IMG/VR virus record: IMGVR_UViG_3300017784_005152
Span: 1 to 34,304 of that record
Source of the DNA: a virus
Taxonomy: Duplodnaviria; Caudoviricetes
Reading direction: 5' to 3' (one strand)
Length of the DNA stretch: 34,304 nucleotides
Below, in pieces: positions 1 through 8,253 of this stretch (positions within the stretch are counted from its first letter, which is position 1; each line of letters opens with the position of its first letter). The notes under the pieces were generated by a model. That model did no database searches. It had not been told where the DNA came from and saw nothing but the letters and a program-made list of their open reading frames with translations. The translations under genes and the position numbers were made by a program.

Positions 1-321
1 CAGCAAGATCTCACTGTGGAGGGTTTCAGAGATGATGCCCGACGACTAGACAGATTTTCACGTTGGTCCAAGATCAGTGAAGTGTATGCTTTGCCGGCGT
101 TCTTGACCGGTCTAGGGCAAATTGTTCCTTGGATAAATGTTGAATACATAGGAAGCACTGCAATTGAAGTGCATCTACGCTACAACGATGATTTTCGAAA
201 TCACTCAGGTGATGTCATATACCCTGTATGGAAGGACAATCCTTTGCCGCAACCCGTGGGCTCAACTTGGTACCCCAGCCCTGGTGGAGATAGATTGGGT
301 TTTTGGATAGTGAATAAATAA
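1..321 (+). CDS. Hypothetical protein, 5' truncated by window edge
   Basis: Frame 1 is open from base 1 (QQDLTVEGFRDD...) to TAA at 319-321. No recognisable motif. Confidence 0.7.
   Translation, partial: QQDLTVEGFRDDARRLDRFSRWSKISEVYALPAFLTGLGQIVPWINVEYIGSTAIEVHLRYNDDFRNHSGDVIYPVWKDNPLPQPVGSTWYPSPGGDRLGFWIVNK
315..320 (+). promoter_or_regulatory. T4-late-like promoter box TAAATA
   Basis: aTAAATA followed 6 nt later by ATG 327, with no Shine-Dalgarno. Same arrangement recurs at 1289, 4860 and 16738. Confidence 0.65.
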
Positions 322-326
322 CAACT

Positions 327-827
327 ATGCGTATCAACGAAATATTAACAGAATCCAAAAATTCACTGGCACAGTGGCGCAACGAAGAACCGGTAGCACT
401 TGTCAAGAGTCTGACCAAGAAGTTGGGTCAACCCGACGAACTCACAGAAAATCGTGCTGTGTGGTACGACAAAGATGGCTTCAAGCGTATAGAAGTCCTA
501 GATGAATATATCTTACACTGCTGCCCAGAACCACACTATGACTATGTGTACAGCACCATAGATCTGCATGTGCCCAAGAAGTTTGTGAGAGTGCTGGCAG
601 AATCATCAGAAAGCATTCTATTGGATCTGCTGAAAAACGAAGTGAGTGCTAGATGTGCCACACTCAGCGCCAACGCAGTGACTCTGAACTATGTGTTGGA
701 TGTGGTTTCTGGTCGAGTACAAGGCAGCAAAGCGGAATATGAAACACGCATCAAACAACTGTACAAGAACAAGTTAAATCCGGATCCAGAATGGTGGCCA
801 GATGTGACCAAGGAAATGAGAAAATGA
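327..827 (+). CDS. Hypothetical protein with N-terminal MRINEILTES (candidate capsid-targeted internal head protein)
   Basis: 166-aa ORF behind a late-type box. N-terminus resembles T4 internal-protein capsid targeting sequences ending in hydrophobic-x-E. Confidence 0.7.
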   Translation: MRINEILTESKNSLAQWRNEEPVALVKSLTKKLGQPDELTENRAVWYDKDGFKRIEVLDEYILHCCPEPHYDYVYSTIDLHVPKKFVRVLAESSESILLDLLKNEVSARCATLSANAVTLNYVLDVVSGRVQGSKAEYETRIKQLYKNKLNPDPEWWPDVTKEMRK

Positions 828-1258
828 AAAAACTACTTGCACTGTTGCTAATCGTTCCTGCGCTGGCCGTTGCACAAAAAACACCCAAAGGCGTGGTGTA
901 TGATGCACAAATTATCAGAGTGAGTGATGGCGACACAGTTGTGATCGCCGCCCCCTTTTTACCTGCTCCGCTCAAACCAGAACTGGCTGTCAGAATCTTT
1001 GGAGTTGACACGCCTGAAAAAGGACATCGTGCCCAATGTCCCCGAGAAAATGAACAAGCCCTCGTGGCGAGTAAATTTACAACCCAAGCCATTACAGGAG
1101 CTAAAAAACATCAAGTTATTATCTATGGATGGGATAAGTTTGGTGGCCGTATCTTGGGAGATATCCTGGTAGACGGACACAGCATTCGTTCGGGACTTAT
1201 CAGCAATGGCCTGGCCCGTGAGTACTATGGCGACGCCAAGGTCAGCTGGTGCAACTGA
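824..1258 (+). CDS. Thermonuclease (SNase-like) family nuclease with Sec signal peptide
   Basis: Motifs DGDT, RIFGVDTPE, DKFGGRILG and GLA. Start moved to ATG 824 (MKKLLALLLIVPALAVAQ), which overlaps the upstream stop (ATGA). Confidence 0.9.
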   Translation: MKKLLALLLIVPALAVAQKTPKGVVYDAQIIRVSDGDTVVIAAPFLPAPLKPELAVRIFGVDTPEKGHRAQCPRENEQALVASKFTTQAITGAKKHQVIIYGWDKFGGRILGDILVDGHSIRSGLISNGLAREYYGDAKVSWCN

Positions 1259-1288
1259 CTTAAATTGCCAAACTGATCTGCCTGTGTG

Positions 1289-1294
1289 TAAATA
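1289..1294 (+). promoter_or_regulatory. T4-late-like promoter box TAAATA
   Basis: gTAAATA-aacac-ATG(1300), no SD. Confidence 0.6.
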
Positions 1295-1299
1295 AACAC

Positions 1300-2442
1300 A
1301 TGAGCAATTTCTTTTGTGCCGCCCCGTGGCGTGGCTTACATATCAATCCTCGAGGAGATGTCAAAACCTGCTGTGCTGGCAATCCCAACATGCTGGGCAA
1401 TCTCAACTCACACAGTATCACAGAAATTCTCAATAATAATACCATGAAAGAAATTCGCCGCAGTCTTGCTGTTGGGCAAGCACATGAGTATTGCAGCAAT
1501 TGTGTACAAGCTGAACGTTTTGGTGCTGAATCTGAACGTGCCTGGCATAATCGTGTCAACCCTGATTTTGATTTTTCTCAAGCAGGATCACAATATCACT
1601 ATCCTGTGATAGTGGACATACGCTGGAATACAACTTGTAATCTAAGTTGTAACTATTGTGGTGAATTGTGCAGCAGCAAGTGGGCTGCTTTGAAAAAAGT
1701 ACCATTCAAATCAGGAGCTCGGCCGTATTACGATCAAGTGTGTGACTTTATCGAACAGCACCAGGAACACATACATGAAGTGGCACTGGTTGGTGGCGAA
1801 CCCTTGCTGTTGCCTGAGAACAACCGACTGTTAGATGTGATTCCCCCAGATGCTATTGTGACCTTGATCACCAACATGAGTGTGGATTTAGAAAACAACA
1901 ACATATTCCAAAAATTAGCACAGCGCAAACGTGTGGGCTGGAGCATGAGCTTTGACAACATAGGCCCACGCCTTGAGTATGTGCGACATGGCGCCAGTTG
2001 GCCTCTGATACAAAAGAACTTGGTCACAATCAAAAATCTAATGCAGACACAAGGGCACTGGGGCGGCATTCATGCAGTGTACAATGTCTACAGCGCCACT
2101 GGCATTTGTGAATTTAGACAATTTGCCCAAGATGCTGGTGTCACTGTGCTGTGGCAGAACTTGTTTCAGCCCGACTACCTGGATCCATTCTTGCACGGAC
2201 CTGCAGTTGCTGCGGCAGCAGCAGAAGAAATTCAAAAGTTCTATCTGTCTGGCCAAGCAACTGCAGTCGAAAAAACATTCTTTGATAACTCTCTAGCTAT
2301 GTATCAAGCAGTCACCGCTGCTGCACCCGGTATTGAACACAAATTTAAACAACACATACAAGAAATTGAAAATCAATATCACACAGACCAAGCAGGAAAC
2401 TTTGTTCAGTTATGGCCCGAGCTGGAGCATTTGTGCAAATAA
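1300..2442 (+). CDS. Radical SAM protein with N-terminal SPASM/twitch-like domain
   Basis: CNLSCNYC (CxxxCxxC), GGEP, ITN and SFD motifs. N-terminal CAAPW...KTCC...CSNC. Confidence 0.92.
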   Translation: MSNFFCAAPWRGLHINPRGDVKTCCAGNPNMLGNLNSHSITEILNNNTMKEIRRSLAVGQAHEYCSNCVQAERFGAESERAWHNRVNPDFDFSQAGSQYHYPVIVDIRWNTTCNLSCNYCGELCSSKWAALKKVPFKSGARPYYDQVCDFIEQHQEHIHEVALVGGEPLLLPENNRLLDVIPPDAIVTLITNMSVDLENNNIFQKLAQRKRVGWSMSFDNIGPRLEYVRHGASWPLIQKNLVTIKNLMQTQGHWGGIHAVYNVYSATGICEFRQFAQDAGVTVLWQNLFQPDYLDPFLHGPAVAAAAAEEIQKFYLSGQATAVEKTFFDNSLAMYQAVTAAAPGIEHKFKQHIQEIENQYHTDQAGNFVQLWPELEHLCK

Positions 2443-2495
2443 CACTGAATTGATTTTGGATAGAAAATATATTCCAACCAGGAACATAACACTTT

Positions 2496-3284
2496 ATGAA
2501 TACTTCTTTATTCCCTGACAACATCATGCCTCCATACCAGACCAATTATGCCCGCAGAGGACAGACCATACATTGGAACGGGACCGATACCTTGCAATGT
2601 TATGAAAAAAATATGCAAAAAAGTTCAACTCGTGATTTGTTGCACAAACTGGGCTGGATCGATTCTGTTGTTGAATATGCCTACAATAGTCATGGCTACA
2701 GATGCAAAGAATTTGATAACAGGCCATGTGCTCTGGCATTGGGATGCAGTTTTACTGAAGGAACAGGATTGCATACAGAGCAAACCTGGCCGCACCTGTT
2801 GTCCTCTATGTTGGATTTGACAGTGTGGAATTTGGGCAGCGGCGGAGCCTCAATTGACACTGTGTTTAGAATTCTGGAATACTATATTGATAGATTGAAG
2901 CCAAAATCTATTTTTCTTTTGATTCCACCCGAACCAAGATTTGAGTATTGTGACATCAATAACGGATTTCCCATAATACAAATCAGCACCCTGGGCCGGC
3001 ATGAAAGCTTTGCCAAAGAATGGTTGTCGCAATCTTTCAATGGAATTTATAACACAAAAAAGACCATGCTGGCCATGGAACAAATATGTGCAAAATCCAA
3101 TGTTCCGTTATTTGCATGTTCATCCATTGGTGCTCTGGACAACAATACTGGAACTTTCAACTGGAACCATGGCCATGTTGATCTTGCCAGGGATCTGATG
3201 CATCCTGGAGAACTTTACCAAAAATACATAGCAAATGTCATGTATTTGCAGCATCAAAAAAATATTGAAGTGGCCACATCATGA
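2496..3284 (+). CDS. SGNH/GDSL hydrolase-fold protein (esterase or O-acyltransferase-like)
   Basis: Block I-like ALGCSFTEG, block II-like NLGSGGAS and C-terminal DxxHP (DLMHPG). Confidence 0.7.
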   Translation: MNTSLFPDNIMPPYQTNYARRGQTIHWNGTDTLQCYEKNMQKSSTRDLLHKLGWIDSVVEYAYNSHGYRCKEFDNRPCALALGCSFTEGTGLHTEQTWPHLLSSMLDLTVWNLGSGGASIDTVFRILEYYIDRLKPKSIFLLIPPEPRFEYCDINNGFPIIQISTLGRHESFAKEWLSQSFNGIYNTKKTMLAMEQICAKSNVPLFACSSIGALDNNTGTFNWNHGHVDLARDLMHPGELYQKYIANVMYLQHQKNIEVATS

Positions 3285-4855
3285 GCAACGCCCTCGAAAC
3301 AGTGCTGGTCAAAGCACCGCATCGACAACAACTCTACTCAGAACAAGAACTGCAACAGTTTGCTGCCTGTGCCGACCCTGTGACTGGTCCGCTGTATTTC
3401 ATGGACAACTTCTTTTATATCCAGCATCCCACACGTGGTAAAATGCTGTATCATCCGTACGATTATCAGAAACGACTTATACACACCTATCACAACTATC
3501 GATTTTCGATCAGTCTGATGCCGCGACAAACAGGCAAGTCAACATCAGCAGCAGGCTATCTTCTGTGGTATGCTATGTTTGTACCAGATTCCACAATTTT
3601 GATTGCTGCACACAAGTATACAGGTGCACAGGAGATTATGCAGCGTATCAGATATGCATATGAACTGTGTCTCAATCACATTAGAGCAGGTGCTACCAGT
3701 TACAACAAAGGCTCCATTGAGTTTGAAAACGGTTCACGCATTGTATCGCAAACCACTACAGAAACCACAGGCCGGGGTATGAGTATATCACTCTTGTACG
3801 CTGACGAATTTGCGTTCGTGAGACCCACCATTGCCAAAGAATTCTGGACGTCAATTTCGCCCACCCTGGCCACTGGTGGTAAAGCCATTATCACAAGCAC
3901 ACCCAACTCAGACGAAGATCAGTTTGCGTTCTTGTGGAAAGGTGCCAACAAGACCGAAGACGAGCACGGCAATCCCACTGAACTGGGCATCAACGGATTC
4001 CGGGCGTTTCGCAGCTACTGGCGAGAGCATCCTGAACGTGGAGATCAATGGGGAGCACAGCAACAGGCTCAACTGGGCGAAGAACGATTTCGCCGAGAGA
4101 TTGATTGCGAGTTTGTGATCAATGATGAGACCTTGATTGCTCCTATCAAGTTGATGGACATACAAGGCATAGAGCCTCTGCGTCGCACAGGGCAGGTGCG
4201 ATGGTATTCTGAACTCAAACCCAATGCCATGTACATTGTTGCCCTGGACCCAAGTCTGGGCACTGGCAGCGATCCTGCTGCTATTCAGGTGTTCGAAGCA
4301 GGCACAACTGAGCAGGTGGCCGAGTGGCGCCACAATCGTACTGACATACCCACACAAATACGCATCCTGGTGGACATTGTCAAAGAGTTACACGCAGTCA
4401 CCCGGGATGACAAAAGCATCTATTACTCAGTGGAAAACAACACGCTGGGCGAAGCAGCACTGATCTCCATTGCTGAATATGGGGAAGAAAACATCCCGGG
4501 CTATTTTCTCAGCGACAATTCAGTCACAGGCAGTTCTGGACGCAGATTCCGCAAGGGCTTTAACACCACTCACAAAAGCAAAATCACAGCCTGCAACAAG
4601 TTCAAAATTCTTGTGGAATCTGACCGTATGAAAATACGCAGTAGGCCCTTGGTCAGTGAGCTCAAGAACTTTGTGGCCCTGGGCACTAGCTATGCTGCCA
4701 AACCTGGTGAAACTGATGATTTGGTCATGGCCAGTTTGCTGGCGGTTCGCATGCTGATGATGCTGCAGACCTATCATAGTGAACTGGACACGCACCTCAA
4801 AGATCATGGAGACTCCATTGTAGAGCCATTCCCATTCATATCTGTAATGGGCTAA
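3281..4855 (+). CDS. terL: Terminase large subunit (T4 gp17-like)
   Basis: YDYQ adenine-binding motif, Walker A PRQTGKST, Walker B YADEFAF, coupling motif ITSTPN, and RNase H-like nuclease residues (ALDPSLG, DDLVMA). Confidence 0.96.
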   Translation: MSNALETVLVKAPHRQQLYSEQELQQFAACADPVTGPLYFMDNFFYIQHPTRGKMLYHPYDYQKRLIHTYHNYRFSISLMPRQTGKSTSAAGYLLWYAMFVPDSTILIAAHKYTGAQEIMQRIRYAYELCLNHIRAGATSYNKGSIEFENGSRIVSQTTTETTGRGMSISLLYADEFAFVRPTIAKEFWTSISPTLATGGKAIITSTPNSDEDQFAFLWKGANKTEDEHGNPTELGINGFRAFRSYWREHPERGDQWGAQQQAQLGEERFRREIDCEFVINDETLIAPIKLMDIQGIEPLRRTGQVRWYSELKPNAMYIVALDPSLGTGSDPAAIQVFEAGTTEQVAEWRHNRTDIPTQIRILVDIVKELHAVTRDDKSIYYSVENNTLGEAALISIAEYGEENIPGYFLSDNSVTGSSGRRFRKGFNTTHKSKITACNKFKILVESDRMKIRSRPLVSELKNFVALGTSYAAKPGETDDLVMASLLAVRMLMMLQTYHSELDTHLKDHGDSIVEPFPFISVMG

Positions 4856-4859
4856 CGCA

Positions 4860-4865
4860 TAAATA
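4860..4865 (+). promoter_or_regulatory. T4-late-like promoter box TAAATA
   Basis: aTAAATA-acacact-ATG(4873), no SD. Confidence 0.65.
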
Positions 4866-4872
4866 ACACACT

Positions 4873-7800
4873 ATGGCACAAGAAAATATATCTGTACAAT
4901 TAAATGACCTGTTGGCCAGCCGCGACTTTCGGCCTGAACTGCTGGACCGTGAAGGCCGCCCAACTGATGCTGAAAACGCCGACATTTTTACATTTGACTA
5001 TGTGAGCAGCAGCGGCAAAGACTACGGCACCATGGTTATTATTCTGGACACTGAAAACGAAATGCAAGTGTTCTACGGGGACAATCTTGGTCGCAGCATG
5101 GAAGGCAACGATAAAAACGAATTCTTTGACTTTGTGCAGCACCTGCACAAGTTTGCCAACATGCGACGTTGGACCTACAGTCCCAAGAACATCAACCAAG
5201 TCAAGTACACCATGCAGGGTCTTGCTGCCATCAAAGAAGGCCTGTTCGAAGGCTACTATGGCACACGAAAAGTCAGTTACTCAGGCGAACCCACACAGGC
5301 TCGACTGATAATACAACACAATCGACCTCTAGGCGAAACAGATGCTCGATATCGCTATGTGGAAAGCTTGTTTATCGAAACAGTGGATTCAGAGCGTTTC
5401 AAACTGCAGTTCAAAAATCTAGCAGGTGCTCGAGCCATGCTGGAGCATGTGCGTCAAGGTGGCCGCCCTTATGATGTGCGCGGCAGTCACATTACTGAAA
5501 TGGTCAGTGAAATTGCCACACTGGCAAGATTCAACCGTGCCAGTGCTGGCCGTGTGCTGGAAGGAGTCACGGCTGAACTGGTGACTGAAGCACAGGTCTA
5601 CTACAAAAACATAAGAGAAAATCTCAAAAGAATGGGCAGCTCACGTGGCTACAAAACTTATTTTGAGTCCTGGCATCCTGCTGAAACCACTCTACAAGAA
5701 GAACTGGTAGATTCTATCAAGACCATGTTTGTGGAACAGACTCTGGACAGCCGAATTGAAGCAGCACTGCCTGTGCTGGCACGACTACAACAAGAGAACC
5801 GTATGAAAGAAGCTGACATATTTGAATCATGGGCCCAACGCTTGATTGAGGGCACCTGGGCCTTGCCCGAAACTCCAGAACAACAGCAACGACTACAAGA
5901 TCTCATGAGCCGTGAATTAATTGTGGGGCCTGATGCTACCAATGCCACAGAGCAACTGTATGACCTAGTGGGTGATGATATCTTGTTTGATCGACTGAGT
6001 GAATTGGCTGAAAGAGATCCCAGAGCCAATGTCTTTGACGATACCGAAGTTATGAATCGGCTGGCTGAACTGGGTATTCAAATGCCTGCTGAACCAGCAG
6101 CTGATCAGTCCCAACCAGTTCAAGAAAGTCGTGTAAAAGAATTGGCCATGGATCTTGAAGATCCTCTCATGAGCAATGAAGAATTTGAAACCAAGTATGG
6201 CAAGTCACGAGAAGAAATACTGCAGGATCAATCAGATCAGCAAAATATGGACGAAGACGCAGTGGATGACTTCCTGGCACGTGGTGGCGAAATCCAACAG
6301 GGCAAATTCCGCAAGCCGCGCAAAAGCGAACGGACTGATTACGGCAGTCGCCACATTGGTGGCATGCGTGATGCAGCGGCCGGCAAAGCTGGCAAAACAC
6401 TGGGCAAAGCGGCTGCAACCAATTTTATGGGCGGCGGCAAAGCAGTGGTAGGTGAGCAAGGCATAGCAGAAGGCGCCATGCCAGCGGCGGTGATTCGAGT
6501 CAAAGAAAAAATTCGTCAAATGTCCGACGCTGAAAAGAAAGAATACTTTAAAGGCAAGACTCAAGAGCAACTGCAACAAATGGCTCGACGACATGGCTAC
6601 GGCGAAAATAGCAATGTGTACGCCAAGTATGCTGCACAAGGCCTGAATGAATTTGCTCCTGGTGGCGGCGGTGATGACGACATCGGCGATGATCCATACA
6701 AGTACCCTGATCCCAAACCGTATGGTCGTAGTATAAATTTCTTTGGTCAATTTGAAGCAGATCATTTTGATAAGGAAGATATCAATGATGCCACTGGTGA
6801 GTTCAAAGGCTACTGGAACTACGACGGTAAGCCAAAACTAATTGCCTATTTCAAATTTAACGATCCAGCACGAACTGGTGGCGATGATCCAGGCATGGGC
6901 TGGTACTATGAACCACAGAACGAAGGCGTGGCAGAAGCCTTGGGCGATCTTAGACCCAAACTGGGCAGCAAGCGCGATCAGGGCAAGAGTGTTCGCAAAT
7001 GGCGCCAGGACCGTGGCCTGGACGAGTCGGGCATGGCAGAAGGCCAGATGAGTGATATTGACATCGAATACCAAGATTACAAAACAGTCAGCCCTCGTGA
7101 GTTCTACAACATGTATAAAATAACCAAGCAAGCGTGGTTTGCAAAATACAAAAATATGTTGCCACAACAAGGTGTGGCTGAAGGCCTGGCACAAGACGAA
7201 GCCGAAGAAGAATATGGCGGTTGGCGAGCAGAGTTTGTAAATGAAATAAATTACAATACATTCGAAGTTAGAGTAGAAAATGTCAGGGCAAGAGAATCAG
7301 CAAATTTTATTATCAGACCGGTTGACATGGTTTCTTATGGTCCAACACTGGCAATAGAAACCATGGATGTGCATGATTTACAAACTGGTCAAACAGAAAG
7401 TTGGACCAATGATGACCCAGCACCCCAGGGTCCTATTGCGTTTGCCATTAGTGCTTTGTTTTATGATGATAAACAACTTCAAAAGAAATTGAACAACATT
7501 ATTGACACACATAACACTAAAGGTCAAGACATGATGCCAGGCCTGAACCAACGTCGCAGCATAGGCCAAGAAGTGGATGCCGACGCCTATATCGATTCAG
7601 GCGAAAAGACTCAGGCCGCAATGACAAAAATGAAACAAGGCATGGCTGAAGGCCTAAACGAATTTGCAATGAGTGACAATGACGGCAACGATGGCTTCAG
7701 TGATGACACACTTCGACAGCTGGCAGCACAGTGGTACAACGGTGATGAAGATCCTAAAGTGGAACAAACACTGGCAGCAGCAGGCTGGGAAATTGGCCAA

Positions 7801-8244
7801 GACGAAGGCTATGATGATACACCGGGTGTGTTTGTGGTACAAGCCGGAGACATCAACGGCCGCAGCTATATCAGCTGGCCTGCTCACGAACTGGAAGGGT
7901 TGGAGGAAGATTTAAGCCGTAGAGGGTTCTTGCGAGGCCTAGGCGCTGCCGCGGTTGGCCTTGGCGCCGCTGGTTCTGCTCAAGCCCGATCATCTGATGC
8001 TTCACGAAAAGAAGATGCTGAGGCCCTGGCATTACTGGCCAGAGGTATGACTCCTGAACAAGTTGCTAAAAAATTAGGAGTTCCTGGACCAAATCACGGG
8101 CAGACACATCAGATGAGTGGTCAGTGGGGGTCGATCAATCGGGCAGCAGCACAGCTTCAACGACAACGAGCAGCTGAAATAAAAGAAAGTCAAGCAGGTG
8201 ATGCCTTGTTGGCCAGAATAAAGAGTCTGGCCCTGCTGCGATAA
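4873..8244 (+). CDS. Large modular protein, candidate prohead-protease-processed internal head polyprotein
   Basis: 1123-aa ORF. About 410 aa of N-terminal region, a P/A/Q linker, then ~9 short modules separated by QGIAEG, QGLNEFA, EGVAEA, GLDES-GMAEG, QGVAEG, QGMAEGLNEFA, EGLEED and EIKES. The CDS itself is secure; the function is inferred. Confidence 0.7.
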   Translation: MAQENISVQLNDLLASRDFRPELLDREGRPTDAENADIFTFDYVSSSGKDYGTMVIILDTENEMQVFYGDNLGRSMEGNDKNEFFDFVQHLHKFANMRRWTYSPKNINQVKYTMQGLAAIKEGLFEGYYGTRKVSYSGEPTQARLIIQHNRPLGETDARYRYVESLFIETVDSERFKLQFKNLAGARAMLEHVRQGGRPYDVRGSHITEMVSEIATLARFNRASAGRVLEGVTAELVTEAQVYYKNIRENLKRMGSSRGYKTYFESWHPAETTLQEELVDSIKTMFVEQTLDSRIEAALPVLARLQQENRMKEADIFESWAQRLIEGTWALPETPEQQQRLQDLMSRELIVGPDATNATEQLYDLVGDDILFDRLSELAERDPRANVFDDTEVMNRLAELGIQMPAEPAADQSQPVQESRVKELAMDLEDPLMSNEEFETKYGKSREEILQDQSDQQNMDEDAVDDFLARGGEIQQGKFRKPRKSERTDYGSRHIGGMRDAAAGKAGKTLGKAAATNFMGGGKAVVGEQGIAEGAMPAAVIRVKEKIRQMSDAEKKEYFKGKTQEQLQQMARRHGYGENSNVYAKYAAQGLNEFAPGGGGDDDIGDDPYKYPDPKPYGRSINFFGQFEADHFDKEDINDATGEFKGYWNYDGKPKLIAYFKFNDPARTGGDDPGMGWYYEPQNEGVAEALGDLRPKLGSKRDQGKSVRKWRQDRGLDESGMAEGQMSDIDIEYQDYKTVSPREFYNMYKITKQAWFAKYKNMLPQQGVAEGLAQDEAEEEYGGWRAEFVNEINYNTFEVRVENVRARESANFIIRPVDMVSYGPTLAIETMDVHDLQTGQTESWTNDDPAPQGPIAFAISALFYDDKQLQKKLNNIIDTHNTKGQDMMPGLNQRRSIGQEVDADAYIDSGEKTQAAMTKMKQGMAEGLNEFAMSDNDGNDGFSDDTLRQLAAQWYNGDEDPKVEQTLAAAGWEIGQDEGYDDTPGVFVVQAGDINGRSYISWPAHELEGLEEDLSRRGFLRGLGAAAVGLGAAGSAQARSSDASRKEDAEALALLARGMTPEQVAKKLGVPGPNHGQTHQMSGQWGSINRAAAQLQRQRAAEIKESQAGDALLARIKSLALLR
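6457..7668 (+). repeat. Dispersed in-frame 18-bp direct repeats, consensus CAAGGYRTRGCWGAAGGC, plus two GGCCTRAAYGAATTTGCW copies
   Basis: Copies at 6457 caaggcatagcagaaggc, 6922 gaaggcgtggcagaagcc, 7027 tcgggcatggcagaaggc, 7168 caaggtgtggctgaaggc and 7636 caaggcatggctgaaggc. Second family at 6640-6657 and 7651-7668. Confidence 0.85.
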
Positions 8245-8253
8245 CAAATTGAA

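Noticed and set aside
791-823. Longer starts given by the ORF track (791, 11064, 16728, 17483, 18175, 26278, 29363, 32153)
   Set aside because: Downstream ATGs fit better with stop/start overlaps, SDs, promoter boxes or domain boundaries.
1300-2442. Assigning the rSAM genes to known phage pathways (QueE 7-deazaguanine synthesis, NrdG activase, MoaA)
   Set aside because: Partner genes (queC/queD/folE, nrdD, moaC) are absent from the window, and the sizes and N-terminal Cys domain do not fit those families.
2333-2518. 61-aa plus-strand ORF bridging the rSAM and SGNH genes
   Set aside because: It mostly overlaps real genes in another frame, with no SD or recognisable motif.
3281-4855. Intein or intron in the terminase (also checked uvsX and the helicase fragment)
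   Set aside because: The ORFs are continuous, of ordinary length and have motifs in normal spacing. No homing endonuclease or splicing motifs were seen.
6457-7668. Repeat-spacer pattern as a CRISPR array
   Set aside because: The repeats are degenerate, in frame within a long ORF and irregularly spaced by ~100-470 nt. No cas genes are present.
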